Assembly: GCA_039794005.1 (NCBI GenBank)
Contig: JBAMMA010000010.1
Span: forward strand, 2,825 to 35,427
Direction of reading: 5' to 3'
DNA from: Thermoplasmata archaeon
GTDB taxonomy: Archaea; Thermoplasmatota; Thermoplasmata; Thermoplasmatales; ARK-15
DNA: 32,603 nucleotides
A program made the position numbers and the translations under genes. The notes under the pieces are model-generated. The model saw only the letters and a list, made by a program, of their open reading frames with translations. It was not told the DNA's origin and ran no database searches. Below are positions 9,154-17,512 of the stretch, piece by piece (the first letter of the stretch is position 1; each line of letters opens with the position of its first letter).

Positions 9154-10452
9154 TTATGGTTCTAATCTCTTTCTATCCCTTGGGAACAGAGTGGCTTCCC
9201 TAATATTTTTGGAATTTGTCAAAATCATGGTCAATCTTTCTAATCCTATGGCCCAGCCGGCGTGAGGAGGCATCCCATATCTAAAGGCATCCAAATAAAA
9301 TTTGAAATTTTCTGGGTTTAAGCCCTTTTTTATCATATTTTCCCTTAATGAAGAGTAAATATGATTTCTTTGCGCTCCGGATGTAATTTCTCTTTCAGCA
9401 TACATTAAGTCAAACGCCCTCCCATATCTTGGATCCTCTTCATATGGCATCACGTAAAATGCCCTTGTTTCCATAGGCCATTTAGTTATAAAATAAAATC
9501 CCTGATATTTTTTTCCTATTATGTTAAGGGCCTCACTTGAAAAATCATCTCCAAACTTCATGTTTAGACCATTTGAATTCACGTAATCCAAAAGATCATC
9601 ATATTTAATTCTTGGAAATGGCAATTCCGGAACATTCAATTTAATGTTTAAATTATTCAAATCATTTTGATTATTATTTTTAATGTGAATTATCGCATTA
9701 TAAATTACCGTTTCAAGCATTTTCATGGCATCCTCATCGTCTGCAAAGCTCATTTCAATATCTATGGAAATGAATTCATTCAAATGTCTGGTTGTGTTAT
9801 GTTCTTCAGCCCTAAAGGCAGGTGCAATTTCATATACCCTTTCAAACCCAGCGGCCATCATTATCTGTTTGTATAATTGAGGACTTTGAACCAAATATGC
9901 ATCTTTTTCAAAATATTTAACTTTAAATAGTTCTGTACCCCCTTCAGTAGCGGTTGCTATTATTTTAGGTGTATGAATTTCGATAAAACCGTTATCCTCC
10001 AGTGTTCTCCTAATACTCTTTCCCAAATTTGATTCAATTTTGAAGATTGATTGAACCTCAGGTCTTCTCAAATCCATAAATCTAACATCCAGTCTAGTTT
10101 CTAGGTCTACTGAAACTTTATCTACAACTCCCATTGGAAGAGGGGTCTCAGCTATTGCCAACACTCTTATGTTATCAGGTATGATTTCACATCCTAGTTT
10201 ACTTTGTGTATTTTTATTTACTTTTCCTTCAACGCATATGACGCTTTCCCTATTCAAATCCGTGATAGTTTTAAATTTTTCCTCTCCAACAATCTTTTTT
10301 ATCAAAGTTATTTGAGCTATTCCCTCCCTATCCCTGAGTATTAAAAATGAAATATTTCCCAATTTTCTAATTTCCTGAACCCATCCACATAACGTTACAG
10401 GAGCTCCATCTGGCATGTTGTATATTTCGAAAGTGTAATTCTTTTTCATCAT
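9154..10452 (-). CDS. aspS: Aspartate--tRNA ligase (archaeal type, probably discriminating)
   Basis: OB-fold [10 protein letters not shown]...[17 protein letters not shown], motif 2 [15 protein letters not shown], motif 3 [17 protein letters not shown]. Start placed at the MM (10452/10449) rather than 10497. Confidence 0.96.
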   Translation of the reverse strand: MMKKNYTFEIYNMPDGAPVTLCGWVQEIRKLGNISFLILRDREGIAQITLIKKIVGEEKFKTITDLNRESVICVEGKVNKNTQSKLGCEIIPDNIRVLAIAETPLPMGVVDKVSVDLETRLDVRFMDLRRPEVQSIFKIESNLGKSIRRTLEDNGFIEIHTPKIIATATEGGTELFKVKYFEKDAYLVQSPQLYKQIMMAAGFERVYEIAPAFRAEEHNTTRHLNEFISIDIEMSFADDEDAMKMLETVIYNAIIHIKNNNQNDLNNLNIKLNVPELPFPRIKYDDLLDYVNSNGLNMKFGDDFSSEALNIIGKKYQGFYFITKWPMETRAFYVMPYEEDPRYGRAFDLMYAEREITSGAQRNHIYSSLRENMIKKGLNPENFKFYLDAFRYGMPPHAGWAIGLERLTMILTNSKNIREATLFPRDRKRLEP

Positions 10453-10499
10453 GCATTTGTTAAAAGAATATTTAATAAAATATTTTTTGATTATCAATT
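10453..10499. promoter_or_regulatory. Compact divergent promoter between aspS and nadM (probably leaderless transcripts)
   Basis: 47-nt gap with central AATATTT-AATA-AAATATT inverted repeat. TATA-like boxes read on both strands about 20-30 nt from each ATG, and no SD is present. Confidence 0.5.
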
Positions 10500-11015
10500 A
10501 TGAGGGCCATAATTCCTGGAAGGTATCAACCATTTCACAAAGGTCATTTATACTTATTGGATAAGGCGCTAAAAGAAAATGAAGAAATAATGATTGTTGT
10601 TGAAAATGCTGGAGAATCCTTTACATTTGAAAATCCAATGACTTCCGGTGAAAGAATAGAGATGATAATAAATGTTATAAAAAATCAATATGACAATGAA
10701 ATGAAAAGGATATTTATATTCCCGATGGAAAATATAAAAAACAATGCCGAATGGGTAAATCATTTAAAAGTGATGTTGCCAAGATTTGATATTTGTTATT
10801 CAAATAACAATCTGGTAAAAATTTTGATGGAAAGTGCCGGTATCGAGGTAAAAAGTGTTGAATTATTAGAAAGGAATATATATTCCGGAACAGAAATCAG
10901 GAAAAGAATTTCCATGGGATTAGAATGGAGAGAATTTGTACCTTTGCCAGTCTATGATTATATAATGAAAAATGGCATAGACAAGAGGATAAAGGAATTG
11001 GGAATGAAAAATTAA
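10500..11015 (+). CDS. nadM: Nicotinamide-nucleotide adenylyltransferase
   Basis: GRYQPFHKGH (HxGH), ENPMTSGERIEMI and SGTEIR motifs of archaeal NMNAT. Confidence 0.93.
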   Translation: MRAIIPGRYQPFHKGHLYLLDKALKENEEIMIVVENAGESFTFENPMTSGERIEMIINVIKNQYDNEMKRIFIFPMENIKNNAEWVNHLKVMLPRFDICYSNNNLVKILMESAGIEVKSVELLERNIYSGTEIRKRISMGLEWREFVPLPVYDYIMKNGIDKRIKELGMKN

Positions 11016-11098
11016 TTTTATTGATAATTTTTTTAAGAGAATCATTTATAAGAAAGATTCACAAAATTTTAATCCATATTTTTTAATATATATATATA

Positions 11099-11317
11099 AT
11101 GAGAATCGATCTTGAAAAACTTGATAATAAAAAATCATTCGAAATAAAGTTGCAGATAGCCCTTATAAACAATGCAAAGAGGATGATGCCCTATTATGAA
11201 AATAAAATTGAGGAATTCAATAAATATATAAATGAAAGGATAATGAAAATAAAGGAATTATTGGATATTGAACATGGAGATATTTATGAAAATAATAAAT
11301 TAATATATAGTTTTTAA
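11099..11317 (+). CDS. Small hypothetical protein (72 aa, charged, helical)
   Basis: Uninterrupted ORF filling an otherwise empty gap, with protein-like composition. No recognisable motif. Confidence 0.55.
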   Translation: MRIDLEKLDNKKSFEIKLQIALINNAKRMMPYYENKIEEFNKYINERIMKIKELLDIEHGDIYENNKLIYSF

Positions 11318-11400
11318 TAATTTTTTTAAAAATAAATTTATAACAATATCATTCAAATTTTAGGAAATATTTATTTTTATCAATTTCATTCAGTTTCATA

Positions 11401-11775
11401 ATGGATGATCCTGCATCAAAATACTTTAACTGTAATGATAGGGAAAGGGCAGTATTTGAAGCGGGTATTAAGCTAGGAACAATATATCATCAATTCATAG
11501 GTACACCTGTAAGCGCTTCAAATATAGATATTCTGGAGAAGGCAATAGAAGAGAGCATAAAGATACAACCTTTTGTATACGATGTTAAGGTGAAGATAGA
11601 CAGGCAAATAATTAAAAAGAAGAAGGGAATATATAAATACAAAACGTTAACAGGGGATATGTTAAACATAGAATTGAAGATAAAATATAATAATGTGATA
11701 GCAGTATGCAAAATGGAATATATTAAAGAGATGAATTATCCATTAATGTATGTTGTAGATATAAAAGAGGATTGA
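11401..11775 (+). CDS. mptD: Archaeal dihydroneopterin aldolase (MptD family)
   Basis: RERAVFEAGIKLGTIYHQFIGTPV and C-terminal YPLMY match the archaeal MptD family. Confidence 0.88.
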   Translation: MDDPASKYFNCNDRERAVFEAGIKLGTIYHQFIGTPVSASNIDILEKAIEESIKIQPFVYDVKVKIDRQIIKKKKGIYKYKTLTGDMLNIELKIKYNNVIAVCKMEYIKEMNYPLMYVVDIKED

Positions 11776-11777
11776 AA

Positions 11778-12314
11778 ATGTACATTAAAATAGGTATTAC
11801 TGGAGTTCCTGGTTCCGGTAAGACAACAGTTGTTAAAAAAGCAATAGAACTCCTCAAGGATGATTTTCAAGTTGGTGGTATTATAACAGAAGAAATAAGA
11901 GATGACAGCAGAGAGGGTTTCATGCTTATTGATATATCTACTGGGAAAAGTGCAATTTTAGCTTCCAAGGACATTCAATCAAGATATAGGATCGGCAAAT
12001 ATGGTGTGGATATTAAGGTGCTGGATGAGCTTGGGGTGTCTGCACTTGACGAAGCTTTGAACAAAGATATAATAGTAATCGATGAAATTGGTAAAATGGA
12101 AATGGAATCAAAAAGATTTGTTGAAAAGGTAAGGGAGATCCTCCACATGGAAAAAAATCTCATAATGACATTGAACAAAAAGAGCAGAAATCCATTGCTT
12201 CAGGAAATAAGGAGAATGGATGATATCAGGTTTCTAGAGGTTACCGTTGTCAACAGGAATATGATGCCTTATAAAATAGTGGACATGATAAAGGAAGAAT
12301 TAAGAAAAAAATGA
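11778..12314 (+). CDS. Nucleoside-triphosphatase (NTPase_1/THEP1 family)
   Basis: Walker A ITGVPGSGKTT, GGIITEEIR...REGF, IGKYGV, Walker B IVIDEIGKME. Start at ATG 11778 after GAGGA (11767-11771). Confidence 0.92.
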   Translation: MYIKIGITGVPGSGKTTVVKKAIELLKDDFQVGGIITEEIRDDSREGFMLIDISTGKSAILASKDIQSRYRIGKYGVDIKVLDELGVSALDEALNKDIIVIDEIGKMEMESKRFVEKVREILHMEKNLIMTLNKKSRNPLLQEIRRMDDIRFLEVTVVNRNMMPYKIVDMIKEELRKK

Positions 12315-13345
12315 AATTAATAGAGGGTAGGGTAGAAATAGAGATTGAAAAAATATCCACTTACAAAGGCCCAGGATCATCGGGTATTGGATATTATTCC
12401 ATACCAATGTCCTTAACGAGGGATTTTACAATACTGATATTAAAATCATATTTTAAAGGAAATTTTAAAGCATTAGATATGCTTGCAGGGACAGGAATAA
12501 GGGGTTTCAGAATAGAAATTGAGGCAGGAGGAGAGGTATATATTAACGATATAAATAAAAAAAATATTGAAATAATAGAAAAAAATAAAAATCTTTTAAA
12601 TTCAAATGCAAAGATTTTAAATTATGATGCTTCAAAATGCATCCCGGGATATTATGATTATATAGATATAGACCCATTTGGATCTCCAATACCATTTATC
12701 GAAATATCAATAAAGTCTATAAAAAATAATGGTATAATTGGTGTAACATCGACAGATACCGCAAATCTTTCAGGTACAAATGCCGAAACCTGCTATAGAA
12801 AATATCATTCAATACCCATGAGAAATAAATACAAGCATGAACTTGGAATAAGGATATTGATAAAATACTTTGTTGAAAAAGCTGCAGAATATGATTTTTA
12901 TGCATACCCGATATTATCCATTTTTGGAGGTTATTACTACAGGGTATTTTTTAAGATGAAAAGATCTAGAAAATTGGCATCAAAAAATCTGGATTATATC
13001 ATGTATCTCAACACTTTAACATATTCTAAGAATTACGGACCATTCTGGTATGGAAATCTTCACGATATATCATTAATAAAATCAATTGACATACCAGATT
13101 ATATTCAAAATAGGAAGAAGATAGAAAAACTTTTGAAAATAATGGAAAATGAAAATATATTTTTGTTTTATGATTTAGAAGAAATTTCAAGGAATCTGAA
13201 GATAAATAGTCCAAAGATAGATAATTTTATAAAAATATTAAATAATAATGGTATTAATGCATCTAGAACTCAATTTAGCAATACGGGTATTAAAACAAGA
13301 TTACCATACAATAAATTTAAGGAATTTTTAATGAAAAATTTATAA
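12311..13345 (+). CDS. trm1: tRNA (guanine26-N2)-(di)methyltransferase Trm1
   Basis: LDMLAGTGIRGFR SAM-binding motif, IDIDPFGSP, VTSTDTANL, HELGIRIL, GPFWYG, SRTQF...GIKT. Confidence 0.92.
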   Translation: MKLIEGRVEIEIEKISTYKGPGSSGIGYYSIPMSLTRDFTILILKSYFKGNFKALDMLAGTGIRGFRIEIEAGGEVYINDINKKNIEIIEKNKNLLNSNAKILNYDASKCIPGYYDYIDIDPFGSPIPFIEISIKSIKNNGIIGVTSTDTANLSGTNAETCYRKYHSIPMRNKYKHELGIRILIKYFVEKAAEYDFYAYPILSIFGGYYYRVFFKMKRSRKLASKNLDYIMYLNTLTYSKNYGPFWYGNLHDISLIKSIDIPDYIQNRKKIEKLLKIMENENIFLFYDLEEISRNLKINSPKIDNFIKILNNNGINASRTQFSNTGIKTRLPYNKFKEFLMKNL

Positions 13346-13386
13346 AGAATAAGTTTTTTAAGTAATCATAAGAGGTGAATGGATTT

Positions 13387-14112
13387 ATGCAACCATCACA
13401 AATGGCTTATGATAGGGCAATTACGGTATTTTCTCCTGAGGGTAGGTTATATCAAGTTGAATATGCTAGAGAAGCTGTTAAAATGGGTTCTACAACAATT
13501 GGAATTAAATTTAAAGATGGTGTAGTTCTTGTCATAGATAAAAAGGTAAGGAGCAGATTAATAGAACCAAAGTCAATTGAAAAGATATATGTTATCGATG
13601 ATCATATTGGTGCGGCCTCATCAGGATTGATGGCCGATGCAAGAGCACTTGTAGATTTTGCAAGAATAAATGCACAGATAGAAAAAATAACATACGGAGA
13701 AAAGATAAGTGTGGAAACATTAGTAAAGAAAATCAGCGATTACGTTCAGCAATATACACAATATGGAGGAGTAAGGCCATTTGGTACATCATTATTGATT
13801 GGTGGTATTGATGATAACGATATTTCCCTGTATGAAACGGAACCTAGCGGTGCATTTACGGGATATAAGGCTACATGTATAGGAAAAGGTAGGGAAGTAG
13901 TAATTTCCCTATTTGAAAGGGAATATCAGGATAATCTTGACCTAGAAGGAGCAATAATGTTGGCATTGAAGGGAATAAAATCAGTTTTAGAGGAGCCAAA
14001 CCAACCGTTGGTTGTTGAAATCGGAATGATCAGGAGAGGGCAGAATTTCAGGATATTATCAAACGAAGAGGTGGATGAATACATCAAAAAGTTCAATGCA
14101 ATGAACAAATGA
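13387..14112 (+). CDS. psmA: Proteasome subunit alpha
   Basis: MQPSQMAYDRAITVFSPEGRLYQVEYAREAV gate motif and TQYGGVRPFG. Start moved to ATG 13387 because the GTG at 13375 is part of the SD GAGGTGA. Confidence 0.97.
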   Translation: MQPSQMAYDRAITVFSPEGRLYQVEYAREAVKMGSTTIGIKFKDGVVLVIDKKVRSRLIEPKSIEKIYVIDDHIGAASSGLMADARALVDFARINAQIEKITYGEKISVETLVKKISDYVQQYTQYGGVRPFGTSLLIGGIDDNDISLYETEPSGAFTGYKATCIGKGREVVISLFEREYQDNLDLEGAIMLALKGIKSVLEEPNQPLVVEIGMIRRGQNFRILSNEEVDEYIKKFNAMNK

Positions 14113-14121
14113 GGGAATAAT

Positions 14122-14820
14122 ATGGTAAGGCTGGAGGATGCTGTTGTTGCTAGGTATGAATATAAAGGTCACCATTTTGAGATTTTAATAGATCCAAACA
14201 TAATAGATGCTGTGAAGGAGGGAAAGATAAAAAACATAGTGGATTATATGGTCATAGATCAGGTATTCAAAGATGCCAGGAAGGGAGATAGAATAGGTGA
14301 GGAAATACTAAAAGAAGTATTTGGAACAACGGATATAAACGAAATTGCTAAAATAATAATAACGAAGGGACAGGTTCAGCTCACAACTGAACAAAGGAGA
14401 AAGATGCTTGAGGATAAGAAAAAGCAGATAGTTGCAGAGATTGCAAAGAATGCAATCAATCCTCAGACTAACACTCCCCATCCTCCACAGAGGATAGAAA
14501 AAGCCATTGAGGAGGCAAAGGTTCATATAGATCCTTTTAAGAGTGTTCAGGAACAAATACCCATTGTCATTAAAGCAATAAGTAAACTTATACCTATAAA
14601 GATAGAAAAGCTCAAAATTGAGATCAAGGTAAGTGGAGATGCTTATGGAAAAATATATCAAGACCTGGTGAGGATGGGTACACTGATAAGGGAAGAATGG
14701 TTGGACAATGGAAGTTGGGTGGGGGTCGTCGAAATCCCTGCAGGTATGCAGGTGGAATTTTTCGACCTTTTAAATAAGAAATTACATGGAAATCTTGAAG
14801 CAAAGATATTAAAAGGGTGA
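14122..14820 (+). CDS. sdo1: Ribosome maturation factor SBDS/Sdo1
   Basis: AVVARY...[47 protein letters not shown]; canonical position in the exosome operon. Confidence 0.96.
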   Translation: MVRLEDAVVARYEYKGHHFEILIDPNIIDAVKEGKIKNIVDYMVIDQVFKDARKGDRIGEEILKEVFGTTDINEIAKIIITKGQVQLTTEQRRKMLEDKKKQIVAEIAKNAINPQTNTPHPPQRIEKAIEEAKVHIDPFKSVQEQIPIVIKAISKLIPIKIEKLKIEIKVSGDAYGKIYQDLVRMGTLIREEWLDNGSWVGVVEIPAGMQVEFFDLLNKKLHGNLEAKILKG

Positions 14821-14826
14821 AAAATA

Positions 14827-15489
14827 ATGGAAAATAACATAAGAGAGATTGTTTTACCAGGAGAGATTATTGATCTCCAGGGAAATAAACCCGGAACAGG
14901 AATATATATGGAAAATGGTATCGCATATTCCGAAATACTGGGCGTTAAAACCATAAGGGCAGGGTATGTTAATATTATACCACTTTCCGGAAGGTATCAT
15001 CCACAGAAGGGAGATAAGGTAATTGGAAAGGTAATCGATATCATGCCATCAAACTGGGTATTGGATATAAATGCACCGTACCTGGCGCCTTTGCACGCAA
15101 ATGAAACCCCTTGGAAGATCGAATTTGGAGATACGGGTAAATATTTGAACATTGGAGATACCGTTCTTGCAAAGATAATAAGCGTTAATGAAGTAAAACA
15201 GGTATGGCTTTCAATGAAAGAACAGGGATTAAGAAAATTGGAAGGTGGACATGTAATATCTGTATCACCTACCAAGGTTCCAAGAATCATTGGAAAGGAA
15301 GGATCAATGATTAAAATGTTAAAGGATATGACGAATACAAAAATTTACATTGGACAGAACGGTGTAATTTGGATTGATGGTGAAACGGATAATATACTAA
15401 AGGTTGTTGGTGCTATAAGAATGATAGAGAGGGAAGCACATACAATTGGTCTGACCGATAGAATTAAAGAATATTTAAACAAAAGTTAA
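14827..15489 (+). CDS. rrp4: Exosome RNA-binding subunit Rrp4
   Basis: IVLPGE N-terminus, S1 domain (YHPQKGDKVIGKV), KH domain (KVPRIIGKEGSMI, IGQNGVIW), REAHTIGLTDRI. Confidence 0.96.
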   Translation: MENNIREIVLPGEIIDLQGNKPGTGIYMENGIAYSEILGVKTIRAGYVNIIPLSGRYHPQKGDKVIGKVIDIMPSNWVLDINAPYLAPLHANETPWKIEFGDTGKYLNIGDTVLAKIISVNEVKQVWLSMKEQGLRKLEGGHVISVSPTKVPRIIGKEGSMIKMLKDMTNTKIYIGQNGVIWIDGETDNILKVVGAIRMIEREAHTIGLTDRIKEYLNKS

Positions 15490-15501
15490 AGGTGATATAA
15501 A

Positions 15502-16248
15502 ATGTCAGGAATGAAAAATGATATAAAATTGATTGATGAATCTGGAAGGAGGATAGACGGTAGATTGTATAATGAAATGAGGCCCGTAAAAATTGAGGCA
15601 GGTGTTTTGGAAAGAGCAGACGGGTCTGCGTACATAGAATGGGGAAACAACAAGATTATTGCAGCTGTATTTGGTCCTAGGGAAATATATCCAAAGCATA
15701 TTCAGGACCCTAGCAGAGCTGTTTTAAGGGCTAGATATAACATGGCTGCATTTAGCGTGGATGAAAGGAAGAAACCAGGACCGGATAGGAGGTCAGTAGA
15801 ATTATCACTGGTTATATCAAATGCATTGAGTTCTGTAGTATTTTTGGAGCAATACCCGAGAACTTCTATAGATGTATTCATTGAAGTTTTACAGGCCGAT
15901 GCAGGAACTAGAATAGCAGGTTTGACTGCAGCATCCGTGGCCCTTGCAGACGCAGGTATTCCAATGAAAGATTTGATAGCGGGATGCGCTGTAGGAAAGA
16001 TTGAAAACAGAATAGTTTTAGATTTAAACAAGGAAGAGGATAATTATGGTCAGGCCGACATGCCTGTTGCAATAATTCCAAGGACTCAGGAAATCGTGCT
16101 TTTCCAGATGGATGGTGACATGGATGACTCTGAAATAAAAGAAGGCCTGAAACTTGCGATAGATGCGGCCATGAAAATATATGAATTGGAAAAGCAAGCA
16201 CTCAGAAATAAATACGTTAAATTGGCCGGAGGCGATTTTGATGAGTAA
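15502..16248 (+). CDS. rrp41: Exosome catalytic subunit Rrp41
   Basis: RIDGR, RADGSAYIEWG, PDRRSVE, ADAGTR phosphate site, DLNKEEDNYGQAD catalytic acidic motif. Confidence 0.97.
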   Translation: MSGMKNDIKLIDESGRRIDGRLYNEMRPVKIEAGVLERADGSAYIEWGNNKIIAAVFGPREIYPKHIQDPSRAVLRARYNMAAFSVDERKKPGPDRRSVELSLVISNALSSVVFLEQYPRTSIDVFIEVLQADAGTRIAGLTAASVALADAGIPMKDLIAGCAVGKIENRIVLDLNKEEDNYGQADMPVAIIPRTQEIVLFQMDGDMDDSEIKEGLKLAIDAAMKIYELEKQALRNKYVKLAGGDFDE

Positions 16249-17035
16249 ATTCACAGAGAATGTTGTTTCAGAAATTACTAAAGATTATATTAAAAAATTG
16301 TTGGAGAAAGGTACCAGATTGGATGGAAGAAATCATGATGAATACAGGAAGATTGAGGTTCAAAGGAATTTTATACCTAGAGCCGAAGGTTCCGCACTGG
16401 TGAAGATTGGAAAGACACAGGTTTTGGTAGGAATCAAAGTTGAAAAAGGAATGCCTTTTCCTGATACTCCAAACATGGGTATTTTAGCAACAAATGCGGA
16501 ATTAGTACCGTTAGCGAGTCCCACATTCGAGCCAGGCCCTCCCGGAGAAGAAGCAATAGAGCTTGCCAGGGTAGTGGACCGTGGAATCAGGGAGGGTAAG
16601 GTTGTAGATCTTGAAAAATTGGTCATAAAAGAGAATGAATTGGTATGGGTAATATTTATAGACATTCATGTTTTAGATTATGATGGAAATCTGTTCGATG
16701 CCTCATCACTCGCCACCATGATTGCACTTTTGGATACATATGTTCCGGCAAAAAAGAACAATCTGGGAGAAGATTTCAAGTTACCGATAAATCACATTGC
16801 AGTTGCAAATACATTTGTAAAGATTGGAAACAAGATAGTGGTTGATCCAAACCTGGATGAAGAAAACATTGCATCCGCAAGGATAACGATTTCAACCACA
16901 GAGGATGGAAGGGTACACGCAATACAAAAAGGTCTTGAAGGTTCATTCACAGTAGAAGAAATTTTAAACATAATTGAAATGTCAAAGAAAATAGGAAAAG
17001 ATATAAGGGAAAACGTAATAATGAAGAGGGATTGA
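16241..17035 (+). CDS. rrp42: Exosome subunit Rrp42
   Basis: RLDGR, AEGSALVKIGKTQV, PFPDTP, FEPGPP, ELARVVDRGIRE, DYDGNLFDA. Start moved to ATG 16241 (SD GGAGG upstream; overlaps the rrp41 stop). Confidence 0.97.
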   Translation: MSKFTENVVSEITKDYIKKLLEKGTRLDGRNHDEYRKIEVQRNFIPRAEGSALVKIGKTQVLVGIKVEKGMPFPDTPNMGILATNAELVPLASPTFEPGPPGEEAIELARVVDRGIREGKVVDLEKLVIKENELVWVIFIDIHVLDYDGNLFDASSLATMIALLDTYVPAKKNNLGEDFKLPINHIAVANTFVKIGNKIVVDPNLDEENIASARITISTTEDGRVHAIQKGLEGSFTVEEILNIIEMSKKIGKDIRENVIMKRD

Positions 17036-17036
17036 C

Positions 17037-17297
17037 ATGTCAAGAAGAACAAAGAAGGTAGGAATAGCAGGAAGATTCGGTCCCAGATATGGTGTTGCAC
17101 CAAAAAAGCAGTGGAAAGACATCATGGAACAGAAGATACAACATTATGAATGCCCAAACTGCGGCCACAGAACAGTTAGAAGGATAGGCACATCTATATG
17201 GGAATGCAAGAGATGCGGATACACCTTTGCCGGAGGTGCATATATTCCTTTTGTAAAGAGAGAAATACAAAAGGAGGATGAAAATGTCAAACTTTAG
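17037..17297 (+). CDS. rpl37ae: 50S ribosomal protein L37ae (eL43)
   Basis: RTKKVGIAGRFGPRYG, CPNC...CKRC zinc ribbon, FAGGAY. Confidence 0.97.
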   Translation: MSRRTKKVGIAGRFGPRYGVAPKKQWKDIMEQKIQHYECPNCGHRTVRRIGTSIWECKRCGYTFAGGAYIPFVKREIQKEDENVKL

Positions 17298-17421
17298 ATG
17301 TGCTATCTGTGGAAGGATTCACGAGGGTGAGCTGACACCTCAAAACCTCGTTTGTGAATGTGGCTCGACAATATTTTACAAGGAAAGGCCAAATACAAAA
17401 GTTACATTTTCCTCTGATTAA
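17284..17421 (+). CDS. rpoP: DNA-directed RNA polymerase subunit P (Rpo12); absent from the ORF track (45 aa)
   Basis: Manual translation MSNFRCAICGRIHEGELTPQNLVCECGSTIFYKERPNTKVTFSSD*: CxxC...CxCG zinc ribbon and IFYKERP motif. SD GGAGG at 17273-17277; canonical position after rpl37ae. Confidence 0.92.
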   Translation: MSNFRCAICGRIHEGELTPQNLVCECGSTIFYKERPNTKVTFSSD

Positions 17422-17512
17422 AATTATTTTTAAAGAAATTAAAATACCAAAAAAATTTTTATTATCCGTGTAATCTCACTTTAGATTATAGTTGGGGATC
17501 GGTGATCATCTA

